Source: Verrucomicrobiia bacterium | GTDB taxonomy: Bacteria > Verrucomicrobiota > Verrucomicrobiia > Limisphaerales > UBA11358 | Assembly (NCBI GenBank): GCA_036498725.1 | Contig: DASYEY010000153.1 | Location: 1-63,668 of the forward strand | Direction of reading: 5' to 3' | DNA length: 63,668 nucleotides | Translations under genes and position numbers: made by a program | Shown here: piece after piece, positions 17,790 through 25,955 of the stretch | How the letters are laid out: every line of letters starts with the position of its first letter | Numbering within the stretch: the stretch's first letter is position 1 | Notes under the pieces: model-generated | What the model was told of the DNA's origin: nothing | Databases searched by the model: none | The model's input: only the letters and a program-made list of their open reading frames with translations

Positions 17790-19331
17790 TCAAATAAATT
17801 GAATTCCCTGCGCCAGCGGCAGGTCGGCGGAATAATTGATCGTCACGGTCTGACGGCGCATGTAGGCCTTCCAGCAGTCGCTGCCGCTTTCACGACCGCC
17901 GCCGGTATCCTTTTCTCCCCCAAACGCGCCGCCGATCTCCGCGCCACTGGTGCCGATGTTTACATTCGCGATGCCGCAGTCGCTGCCGACGACGGATAAA
18001 AATTGTTCTGCCTCCCGCATTTCGTTGGTGAAGATCGCGGAACTCAAACCTTGCGGCACGGCATTGTTCTGGGCGATGGCTTCGTCCAAGTCACGATACG
18101 GGATCAGATACAAGATCGGTGCGAAAGTTTCTTCATGCACGATTTTATAATTCCCGCGCGCACGGGCGAGACACGGCTGGACGTAACGTCCGCCGGGCCA
18201 CGCTGCGCCGCGCAATTCCCCACCCCCATAAATGATTTCGCCGCCTTCGCGCTGTAGTTGCTTCAGCGCCGCCTGCATGGTGGTCACGGCCTGGGGCGTG
18301 ATCAGCGGCCCCATCAAAACACCGGCGGCCAACGGGCTGCCGATGCGGATCTGTTTATAGGCCGCGACCAATCTTTCCGTCAGCTGCGGCAGAATGGTTT
18401 CGTGGACAAAAACCCGGCGCGTCGAAGTGCAGCGCTGTCCGGCGGTGCCGACGGCGCCGTAAAGAATCGCGCGGATGGCCAGATCCTGATTCGCGCTGGG
18501 GGCAACGATGATCGCGTTGTTGCCGCCCAGTTCAAGCAAGCTTTTGCCCAGGCGTCGCGCCACGGCTTCATTGACTTCCTTGCCCATGCGCGTCGAACCG
18601 GTTGCCGAGACCAATGGCAAACACCGGTCGGCCGCCATTTTTTCGCCGATGGTTTTGTCGCCGCAAACGAGGCTGAAGATCGCCGGGTCAATCTTATTCC
18701 GGCGGCAGACTTTTTCTGTGATGCGGGTCACGGCGATGGCGGTCAACGGCGTCAATTCGGACGGTTTCCAAAGGGTCGCATTGCCGCATACGGCGGCGGG
18801 TGCGGCATTCCAACTCCACACGGCGACGGGAAAATTGAACGCGCTGATGACGCCAATGGTGCCGAGCGGATGCCACTGCTCCATCATGCGATGCTGCGGG
18901 CGTTCGGACGCGATGGTCAGGCCGAAAAGCTGGCGGGACAGGCCGGTTGCAAAATCGCAGATATCAATCATTTCCTGCACTTCGCCTTCACCTTCAGTCA
19001 AAATTTTTCCACACTCGAGCGATACCAGCCGGCCCAGGTCTTTCTTCGCGATCCGCAGCGCATTGCCGAATTGTCGGACGATTTCTCCGCGTTTGGGCGC
19101 TGGCAGGTTGCGCCAGGTGGTAAAGGCGTTCGCGGTCGCCCGCACGGTCTGTTCATATTCTGCCACGGTGCCCTGACGGACGGTTGCGAGCGTTTTCCCA
19201 TCAACCGGCGAAACGCTGGGAACGGTTTTGCCGCTGCCGATCCATTGGCCGCAGAACACGCCGGGATTGGTCGCTTGCAAGCCGAGCCGTTTGAACAAGG
19301 CGGCGTTGGGATTGGAATTATTTTTTGGCAT
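17790..19331 (-). CDS. pcd: alpha-aminoadipic semialdehyde / piperideine-6-carboxylate dehydrogenase (ALDH7 family)
   Basis: 513 aa. It is collinear with the ALDH7A1 family: PAPKRGEIVRQ, VSLECGKILTEGEGEVQEMIDICDFATGLSR, FNFPVAVWSWN, LELGGNNAII, GTAGQRCTSTRR, and C-terminal GSDCGIANVNIGTSGAEIGGAFGGEKDTGGGRESGSDCWKAYMRRQTVTINYSADLPLAQGIQF. Confidence 0.9.
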   Translation of the reverse strand: MPKNNSNPNAALFKRLGLQATNPGVFCGQWIGSGKTVPSVSPVDGKTLATVRQGTVAEYEQTVRATANAFTTWRNLPAPKRGEIVRQFGNALRIAKKDLGRLVSLECGKILTEGEGEVQEMIDICDFATGLSRQLFGLTIASERPQHRMMEQWHPLGTIGVISAFNFPVAVWSWNAAPAAVCGNATLWKPSELTPLTAIAVTRITEKVCRRNKIDPAIFSLVCGDKTIGEKMAADRCLPLVSATGSTRMGKEVNEAVARRLGKSLLELGGNNAIIVAPSANQDLAIRAILYGAVGTAGQRCTSTRRVFVHETILPQLTERLVAAYKQIRIGSPLAAGVLMGPLITPQAVTTMQAALKQLQREGGEIIYGGGELRGAAWPGGRYVQPCLARARGNYKIVHEETFAPILYLIPYRDLDEAIAQNNAVPQGLSSAIFTNEMREAEQFLSVVGSDCGIANVNIGTSGAEIGGAFGGEKDTGGGRESGSDCWKAYMRRQTVTINYSADLPLAQGIQFI

Positions 19332-19346
19332 GAAATGGTGAATTTT

Positions 19347-20726
19347 TTAAACCGCAAGCCGTTTGCATTCATTGGCCATGATCGCCAAAGCCGCTTCGAT
19401 GACATCATCCTTTACATCCAACACCGGCCGCAGACGAATGGAGCGTTCGCCGCTGCGCACAACCAGTAATCCCAATTCATAGGATTGTTTCCAGAAAGCA
19501 TCACGCATCGCGCCGGTGGGCAGGTCGAAACCGATCATTAGACCCCGACCGCGGACGGCGCTGATGACGGGGAATTTTTGTGCAATGATTTGCAGCTCCC
19601 GCATGAGAATCTCGCCTTTGGCGCGGGCATTCTCGACCAATTTTTCCTGCTCGATGATCTTCAAGAAATGCGTCGAGCGGACTAAATCAGTAAAATTGCC
19701 ACCCCAGGTCGAATTGATCCGGCTGGGCAGGCGGAACACGTTGTCCTGTATTTCATCGAGGCGTGGTCCCGCCATGATGCCGCAGACTTGCGCCTTTTTG
19801 CCGAAGCACAAAATGTCCGGCAACACACCGAAGTGTTCGCAACACCAGCCTTTACCGGTCAGGCCCATGCCGGTCTGTACTTCATCAAAGATCAAAAGCA
19901 TTTCGTTCTCGTCGCAGATGCGGCGCAACGTTTGGAACCATTCTTTGCGGAAATGATTGTCGCCGCCTTCACCCTGGATCGGTTCGAGGATGATGGCTGC
20001 GATGTCATTGCCTTTCTGGGCGATGAAATCGCGGATTTGTTTTTCAGTGACGGCTTCTTTGGCGGCGGCGGCGGCCGTGCGTTGCGGTTCCGGCAACGCG
20101 AAGTCAATGGCGGGTGAACTCACGCGCGGCCACGGGAATTTGGCAAAATAAGCGACCTTCTTCGGGTCGGTGTTCGTCAAACTCATCGTGTAACCGCTGC
20201 GGCCATGAAACGCTTTTTCAAAATGTAAAATCTCGGTGCCGCGTTCGCCGCGACCAGCGGCGATATTTTTACGGACCTTCCAATCCATCGCCGCCTTCAG
20301 CGCATTTTCGACCGCGGCCGCGCCGCCTTCGATGAAAAAGAAACGTTCGAGCGGCTTCAACGGCATCACCCGCGCAAACGTGTCCACGAAATTCGCGAAC
20401 GGCACGGAATACATGTCCGAGTTTGCGATCTTGATTTTTGCGGCGGCGAGCAGATCCGCTTCCACTTCTGGCTGGTCCAGTTGCGGATGGTTGTAGCCGA
20501 TGGGCGTTGAGGCGTAAAAGCTGTAGAGATCGAGCAATTCCTTGCCGGTGGCGGCATCCACGAGCCGTGAGCCGCGACTCTTTTTCAGATCGATCACGAT
20601 CTTGAATCCGTCCACGAGAATGTGCTTTTCCAGTTCGGAAATCACATTGCCTGCGGCAATTTTCCCGATTTGGGCAGAATCCGACCATGCGGCAGCCCGT
20701 TGCTCATTTTTATCAAAAGTTGGCAT
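19347..20726 (-). CDS. lat: L-lysine 6-transaminase (class III PLP aminotransferase)
   Basis: 459 aa. It closely parallels characterised LAT enzymes: ILVDGFKIVIDLKKSRGSRLVD, FIEGGAAAVENALKAAMDWK, FHGRSGYTMSLTNTDP, EPIQGEGGDNHFR, LIFDEVQTGMGLTGKGW, FGKKAQVCGIMAG, PSRINSTWGGNFTD. Confidence 0.9.
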   Translation of the reverse strand: MPTFDKNEQRAAAWSDSAQIGKIAAGNVISELEKHILVDGFKIVIDLKKSRGSRLVDAATGKELLDLYSFYASTPIGYNHPQLDQPEVEADLLAAAKIKIANSDMYSVPFANFVDTFARVMPLKPLERFFFIEGGAAAVENALKAAMDWKVRKNIAAGRGERGTEILHFEKAFHGRSGYTMSLTNTDPKKVAYFAKFPWPRVSSPAIDFALPEPQRTAAAAAKEAVTEKQIRDFIAQKGNDIAAIILEPIQGEGGDNHFRKEWFQTLRRICDENEMLLIFDEVQTGMGLTGKGWCCEHFGVLPDILCFGKKAQVCGIMAGPRLDEIQDNVFRLPSRINSTWGGNFTDLVRSTHFLKIIEQEKLVENARAKGEILMRELQIIAQKFPVISAVRGRGLMIGFDLPTGAMRDAFWKQSYELGLLVVRSGERSIRLRPVLDVKDDVIEAALAIMANECKRLAV

Positions 20727-20939
20727 AAAACTAAAACCAATCGTCCTTATGAAAGTGACAATAGCTTGCGTGCGCGGCGTGTGACAAGCGAAATGTCAAT
20801 GAGTCGTGAAAAAAATGCGAAACGATGCTGCGACGTCCATGTGGCGGTCTTCATCTCTGCTTAAAAATTAATTTTGTGCCGGGCGGAATCCGCATAATCT
20901 TGGTGGTCAGAAAATTCATCGCCCGGAAATATTTAAACC

Positions 20940-21875
20940 ATGCTACAACCACCGCCCATAAACCGTGCTTTGTTATATCCGGTGACGACTTCGGTCGCAG
21001 TGGCGGCGACCGTGGTGACTGGTTACTGGTGGACAGGACATTCCATTGATAGTTTCGACATGAATGGCGAGGTATGGGCGAATTGGCAATTATGGCGCGC
21101 GCTGACCTGCATTTTGCCGCATGGCAATTTCTTTCACCTGGCCTTCAATCTTTATTGGCTGTGGGTCTTTGGTACGCTGGTGGAGCATGTATATGGGCAT
21201 TTAAAATGCGCCGCCATTTTTCTGCTGCTGGCCTTTGGTTCGTCGCTTGGGGAATATGCCGTATTTGATGGTGGCATCGGCTTGTCCGGAGTGGGCTACG
21301 GGCTTTGGGGAATGATCTGGGTATTGGAGCAGCGTGATGCCCGGTTTCACGGGGCAGTGGACTATCAAACCTCACAGACCTTCGTGATCTGGTTCTTCCT
21401 GTGCATCGGGCTCACGATGGCCAATATCATGCCGGTGGCCAACGTTGCGCACGGTGTTGGTGCGATTCTGGGCGTATTGCTGGGATTTTCCATCAGTGGT
21501 GACAGTTCGCAAAAATGGAAAAGCATCCTTGGGTTGGCCGCCTTGATGGGTTTGTTAGTCCTGGGTGCCACGTGGTTTTGGCCGTGGGTAAATATCTCAA
21601 AATATGCCGAACCCAAGATTGAATGGGCCGGCTACCAAGCATTGCAACAAGGCGATCCGGCGGGCGCGGTAAAATTTCTGACATTAGCGGTAAAGATGCC
21701 CCACGCCCCGGCCCGTGCCTGGTACAATCTTGGCGTGGCTTACGAACGTTCTGGTCAACCCGCGGCGGCGCTGGCGGCTTTTGAACAGGCAGCCCGAATG
21801 CCCGAAGCCGACGCCGGGATGCAACAGGCAGTCCAGGATATGAAAGATTTATATCAAAAATCCCCTGCCAAATAA
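20940..21875 (+). CDS. rhomboid family intramembrane serine protease with C-terminal TPR region
   Basis: 311 aa. HLAFNLYWLWVFG (HxxxN), catalytic GLSGVGYGLWG (GxSG), AHGVGAILG (His). C-terminal TPR-like AWYNLGVAYERSGQPAAALAAFEQA. Confidence 0.8.
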   Translation: MLQPPPINRALLYPVTTSVAVAATVVTGYWWTGHSIDSFDMNGEVWANWQLWRALTCILPHGNFFHLAFNLYWLWVFGTLVEHVYGHLKCAAIFLLLAFGSSLGEYAVFDGGIGLSGVGYGLWGMIWVLEQRDARFHGAVDYQTSQTFVIWFFLCIGLTMANIMPVANVAHGVGAILGVLLGFSISGDSSQKWKSILGLAALMGLLVLGATWFWPWVNISKYAEPKIEWAGYQALQQGDPAGAVKFLTLAVKMPHAPARAWYNLGVAYERSGQPAAALAAFEQAARMPEADAGMQQAVQDMKDLYQKSPAK

Positions 21876-21945
21876 GGCAATGATGATGGTCGAAATTTGA
21901 TTCATTGAAAAATAGAATCGTTTTCCACAAGCTGCGGCGGTGAAA

Positions 21946-22791
21946 ATGATTTTACGTTCATTGTGTCTTTCCGCGTTGCTTGCCTGCGGCATCGCCGCGC
22001 GGGCGGAATTTTCGGCCACGAATCAACTGCTGCCGGGCATCATTTATTATTCCGAAACGCGGACAAATCTGCCGACGCGTTTGTTTGTCGCAGAAATTGA
22101 TCTAAAAAACCCCAAATTGCACGTCCGGGTTGGCCCCGGCGGCGCAGATCCGGATGGCGCCGGCAAATGGCAGACGACCTTGATGCTGCCGACGGAAATC
22201 GCGCAACGCGAAAAATTTGATCTCGTAGTGAACGGTGATTTTTTTGAAGCCAACAACGTCAAAGACGCCGAAGGCAAGGCATCCGGTTATCGCGCCGGGC
22301 AGTTTGCCCTCGTCGTCGGTTCTGCCATGACCGACGGAAAAGTCTGGTCGGTCAGTGCCGCACCGCGTCCGTGTCTCATTGTGCATACGAACCGTGCGGT
22401 GACGATCGAGACCATCCAGCAACCGCCCGCCGATGACTGGGAAGTCATCAGTGGCAATACGCTGCTGCTCAAAGATGGCGTGGATGTAGCGCCGGCCGCC
22501 AAGGTGCGCCATCCGCGCACGGTCGTCGGTTTGGACGCGACAGGAACCAAGTTGACGATTCTGGTTGTGGACGGACGGAAGCCGGGCATTGCCGTGGGTA
22601 TGAGCTACCATGAACTGGCGCAGGAGATGTTGCAATTAGGTTGCCGTCAGGCATTGAACCTGGATGGTGGCGGTAGTTCGGTGATGGCGATCCGCGTTCC
22701 CGGTGCTGACACCATGAAAATACTCAATGTGCCGACGGATGGTCGTGAACGCGCAGTGGCCAATACTTTGGGTATTTCGATAGACCGGTAA
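21946..22791 (+). CDS. secreted phosphodiester glycosidase (NAGPA/DUF2233) family protein
   Basis: Starts at GTG 21940 or ATG 21946. Signal peptide MILRSLCLSALLACGIAARA. Family motifs RTVVGLDATGTKLTILVVDG and ALNLDGGGSS. Confidence 0.75.
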   Translation: MILRSLCLSALLACGIAARAEFSATNQLLPGIIYYSETRTNLPTRLFVAEIDLKNPKLHVRVGPGGADPDGAGKWQTTLMLPTEIAQREKFDLVVNGDFFEANNVKDAEGKASGYRAGQFALVVGSAMTDGKVWSVSAAPRPCLIVHTNRAVTIETIQQPPADDWEVISGNTLLLKDGVDVAPAAKVRHPRTVVGLDATGTKLTILVVDGRKPGIAVGMSYHELAQEMLQLGCRQALNLDGGGSSVMAIRVPGADTMKILNVPTDGRERAVANTLGISIDR

Positions 22792-22794
22792 AAA

Positions 22795-22919
22795 CACCAA
22801 GCTCCAACATCCAAGCATCAGAGAAGCGCCAATATTCAAACACCAATCATCGCGCGATGATAGTTTTTGGAGGTTATGATTTGGAATTTTTCTGGAGGTT
22901 GGAGCTAGGACGCTTGGTG
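22795..22919 (+). repeat. intergenic imperfect palindromic repeat, family S (CCAAGC/CTCCAA arm ... TTGGAG/GCTTGG arm)
   Basis: Outer CACCAAGC (22795-22802) pairs with GCTTGGTG (22912-22919). The apex is a perfect 16-nt palindrome, ATCATCGCGCGATGAT (22846-22861). The right arm tctggaggttggagctaggacgcttggt is related to 24853-24881. Confidence 0.6.
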
Positions 22920-22985
22920 CTTTCCATTTGATATTTTAACGACGCTGGATTGTTCACTACGTTCTGTTATGTTGCTTAAGTTTCG

Positions 22986-24773
22986 ATGAGCCAGATTGTC
23001 AACATCGCCGCCTATAAATTCGTCGCGCTGCCTGAATTGCGTTCGCTTCGCGCGCGCCTGCTGGCGTTGTGCAAAAGCTGGGAACTCAAGGGCACGATCT
23101 TGCTGAGTGTCGAGGGCATCAATCTCTTCGTGGCCGGCACGGCGGAGAACATTGATTTGTTACTGGGTGAACTGCGTGGGCTGCCGGGGCTGGAAGATTT
23201 GAAGCCGAAAATCAGCGTGACCGATCATCAGCCGTTCACGCGGATGCTCGTGCGCATAAAAAAAGAGATCATCGCGTTCGGGGTCGAGGGGATTAATCCT
23301 GCCCAACGCACGTCGCCCAAGCTGGCCGCAACGGATTTGAAACAGTGGTTGGACGAAGGCCGGCCGGTGACGTTGCTGGATACGCGCAATGATTATGAAG
23401 TGAAGTTGGGCACCTTCAAAAATGCGCTGCCCATCGGCATTGATCACTTTCGTGATTTTCCAGAAGCTGTGCGCAATCTGCCGCCGCAATTAAAAGAGCA
23501 GCCCATCGTGATGTTTTGCACCGGTGGCATCCGTTGTGAAAAAGCCGGGCCGTTCATGGAGCGGGAGGGGTTTAAACAGATTTTCCAGCTGGACGGCGGC
23601 ATCTTGAAATACTTTGAAGATTGCGGTGGAGCGCATTACGACGGTGAGTGTTTTGTCTTTGATCAGCGCGTCGGCGTGGATCCGAGCTTGCAGGAAACCG
23701 AATCTGACCAATGTTTCCAGTGCCAAACACCGTTGAGTGAAGCCGACCAAAAAAATATCCGTTATGTTTCCGGACAGTCCTGTCCGTATTGTTTTAAAAC
23801 GGCTGCCGAACAGATGGTGGAAACGATTGGCCGCCGGCATGAGCACATCGCCCGGGTGATTTCGCCGCTGCCGGGCAGTGCGCCTTACGATAATTTCAAA
23901 CCGGTCAACGTGCCGGAAGTCTGCGACGGTAAGACTTTGGTGGAAGCCTTGTGCTGCGTGGTGAAGCATTTATCGGCGGAATACTGGGGAAGCGAATGCG
24001 CGCGCGGTTTGGTGGTGAACCTGAAGCGCGAAGCGGTTCCGGCGGACAAGATCGTGCGTGCGGGCGAACGATTTTTGCATAAATTTCCCAATATGACCGA
24101 ACCGGACGTGAATGGTCATGGGGAAATTTTGCACGAAGACGAGGCATTGATCGTGTTGAACAAACCAGCGCCGTTGCCGATGCATGCGGGTGGGCGGTTC
24201 AATTTCAACACGCTTCAGCACATTCTCGACGCCGTGTATCATCCGCAAAAACCGCATCCCGCGCATCGTCTGGATGCGAACACGACCGGCCTGGTGCTGG
24301 TGACGCGCACCCGGCATTTTGCCGGTAAATTACAGCCGCAATTCGCCAAAGGCTCGGTTGAAAAAACGTATCTGGTTCGGGTGCAGGGAACACCGGCGGA
24401 AGATGCGTTTAGTTGCGATGCCCCCATCAGCGACACGGCGGGGGAAGTCGGTTCACGCATGGTGGATTTGGCTAACGGTTTGACGGCGCGTACGGAATTT
24501 CACGTGTTGCAACGGATGGCGGGCGGTACGACTTTGCTGGAGGCGCGCCCGCTCACGGGGCGCACCAACCAAATCCGCATCCATGCCTGGCATCTGGGCT
24601 TGCCGGTGTGCGGCGATCAAGCGTACTTGGCCGGTGGGAAAATTGGTGTGACGCAGACCTTGGCGCTGGCGGACCCGCCATTATGTCTGCACGCGTGGAA
24701 AATAAAATTCGTGCATCCGTTGACGCATGAAACGGTGGAATTCATCGCGCCGCCACCGGCTTGGGCGAAGTAA
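22986..24773 (+). CDS. fusion protein: TrhO/YceA-type rhodanese tRNA uridine(34) hydroxylase + S4-like + RluA-family pseudouridine synthase
   Basis: 595 aa. The N-terminal ~300 aa match UPF0176/TrhO: IAAYKFVALPELRSLRARL...GTILLSVEGINLFVAG, rhodanese active site FCTGGIRCEKA, Cys cluster CFQCQTP...CPYCF. The C-terminal ~270 aa match RluA: EALIVLNKPAPLPMH, catalytic HRLDANTTGLVLVTR, GRTNQIRIH. Confidence 0.8.
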   Translation: MSQIVNIAAYKFVALPELRSLRARLLALCKSWELKGTILLSVEGINLFVAGTAENIDLLLGELRGLPGLEDLKPKISVTDHQPFTRMLVRIKKEIIAFGVEGINPAQRTSPKLAATDLKQWLDEGRPVTLLDTRNDYEVKLGTFKNALPIGIDHFRDFPEAVRNLPPQLKEQPIVMFCTGGIRCEKAGPFMEREGFKQIFQLDGGILKYFEDCGGAHYDGECFVFDQRVGVDPSLQETESDQCFQCQTPLSEADQKNIRYVSGQSCPYCFKTAAEQMVETIGRRHEHIARVISPLPGSAPYDNFKPVNVPEVCDGKTLVEALCCVVKHLSAEYWGSECARGLVVNLKREAVPADKIVRAGERFLHKFPNMTEPDVNGHGEILHEDEALIVLNKPAPLPMHAGGRFNFNTLQHILDAVYHPQKPHPAHRLDANTTGLVLVTRTRHFAGKLQPQFAKGSVEKTYLVRVQGTPAEDAFSCDAPISDTAGEVGSRMVDLANGLTARTEFHVLQRMAGGTTLLEARPLTGRTNQIRIHAWHLGLPVCGDQAYLAGGKIGVTQTLALADPPLCLHAWKIKFVHPLTHETVEFIAPPPAWAK

Positions 24774-24777
24774 TTTA

Positions 24778-24881
24778 AGCTCCAAATTCCAAGCTCCAAA
24801 CAACCTTCGCGTGCTTTTTCGTTTGATGATTGGAGCTTGGGCCTTGGTGCTTCTCTGGAGCTTGGAGGTTGGACGCTTGGT
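24778..24881 (+). repeat. intergenic imperfect palindromic repeat, family S
   Basis: Sequence: agctccaaattccaagctccaaacaacc ... gatgattggagcttgggccttggtgcttctctggagcttggaggttggacgcttggt. It fills the whole 112-nt gap between the convergent stops of the TrhO-RluA gene and rsmH, so it is a likely bidirectional terminator. Confidence 0.6.
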
Positions 24882-24885
24882 ATTT

Positions 24886-25929
24886 TTATTCCGCCCGTCG
24901 AGCCCAACGCAGTTTAGCCGGAGCAGAACGTGGATTCGCATGGCGTTCTTCCGCCGAAGGCCGGATAACCTCTTCGGTGATTTCGGCATACAGCCCGTCG
25001 CGCAAGCCGGCGGCAAAAGATTTTTTCACACGCCGGTCTTCGCCGGAATGAAACGTCAGGATGGCCACGCGTCCGCCGAGTTTCAGACAGGCAGGCAGAT
25101 GGCGCAAAAATGTATCTAAGGCAGAAAATTCATCATTGACCACGATCCGTAAGGCTTGAAAAACACGGCGCACGGTTAACGTAGTCTCCTCTGGATTCAG
25201 GCGCGGCAAAGCGGTGTGAATGGCCCGCGCCAATTGATTGGTCGTCGCAAAAGATTTTCCCGCCAGGACCGGCGCGAGGGTCGTGGCGTAAGGTTCATCG
25301 GCATTTTCCACGAGCAGGGTGGCGAGCGTGGCAGTATTGATTTTTTCCAGGAAGGCTGCCGCCGATTGGCCGCGTTGCGGATTCATCCGCATATCCAGCG
25401 GGCCGTTGTGTTTCACGGAAAACCCGCGCGTGGGATCGTCAATCTGCATCGAAGATACGCCCAGATCAGCCAGGATCAGGTCCACGCCGGAAATATTTTG
25501 CGCGGCGAGCACTTGCGGCAGTCCGGCAAAATTACTGCGGTGAGCGGTGAAAACGCTTTCATCAAAACCAAGTCCGCGCAAACGGGCCTCGGTTTTAGGC
25601 AGTTCAATCGGATCCTGGTCGAGCCCAAGTAATCGGCCACCGGGCGAAATCGCCTTGAGAATTTCTTGCGTGTGGCCGCCGTAGCCGAGCGTGCCATCCA
25701 CGGCGAGGTCCCCGGGTTGGGGCGCGAGTGCGGCGAGAATTTCCGTCACCATGATTGGGCGGTGCGTCCCGGCGGGGGTTTTGCCGGAAGCCATCACCTT
25801 GACCAGGGTGGCACTGTCACCGCCGTGTTCCTTGTATTTATCCTTGAACCGGCGCGGGTTTTTTCCAGAATAACGCACGCGCCGCTTGTGTGGCGCGGGT
25901 GGCGGATTGGCTGAAATCTCTTCGGACAC
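24886..25929 (-). CDS. rsmH: 16S rRNA (cytosine1402-N4)-methyltransferase
   Basis: 347 aa. HRPIMVTEIL, DGTLGYGGHT, DLGVSSMQID, FHSGEDRRVK. It has a ~45-aa basic N-terminal extension (KRRVRYSGKNPRRFKDKYKEH). An alternative start is the internal Met at 25794. No dcw (ftsL/ftsI/mur) genes follow it. Confidence 0.88.
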   Translation of the reverse strand: MSEEISANPPPAPHKRRVRYSGKNPRRFKDKYKEHGGDSATLVKVMASGKTPAGTHRPIMVTEILAALAPQPGDLAVDGTLGYGGHTQEILKAISPGGRLLGLDQDPIELPKTEARLRGLGFDESVFTAHRSNFAGLPQVLAAQNISGVDLILADLGVSSMQIDDPTRGFSVKHNGPLDMRMNPQRGQSAAAFLEKINTATLATLLVENADEPYATTLAPVLAGKSFATTNQLARAIHTALPRLNPEETTLTVRRVFQALRIVVNDEFSALDTFLRHLPACLKLGGRVAILTFHSGEDRRVKKSFAAGLRDGLYAEITEEVIRPSAEERHANPRSAPAKLRWARRAE

Positions 25930-25955
25930 GGCGGAAATTCTGCAATGCTTTGCCG

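Noticed and set aside
18258-19469. 403-aa plus-strand ORF, plus the overlapping 18508..19176 ORF, opposite the ALDH7 gene
   Set aside because: It is an antisense shadow of a confidently identified, strongly conserved gene. Its composition is Arg/Gly/Ala/Gln-rich and low in complexity, which is typical of GC-rich antisense frames. It has no domain signature.
22795-24881. Possibility that the repeated intergenic elements (families R, S, T) form a CRISPR array or MITE insertions
   Set aside because: The copies are single, internally palindromic, imperfect, and kilobases apart with genes in between. There is no regular repeat-spacer periodicity and there are no cas genes. No target-site duplications or transposase genes were seen, so mobility cannot be supported from this window.
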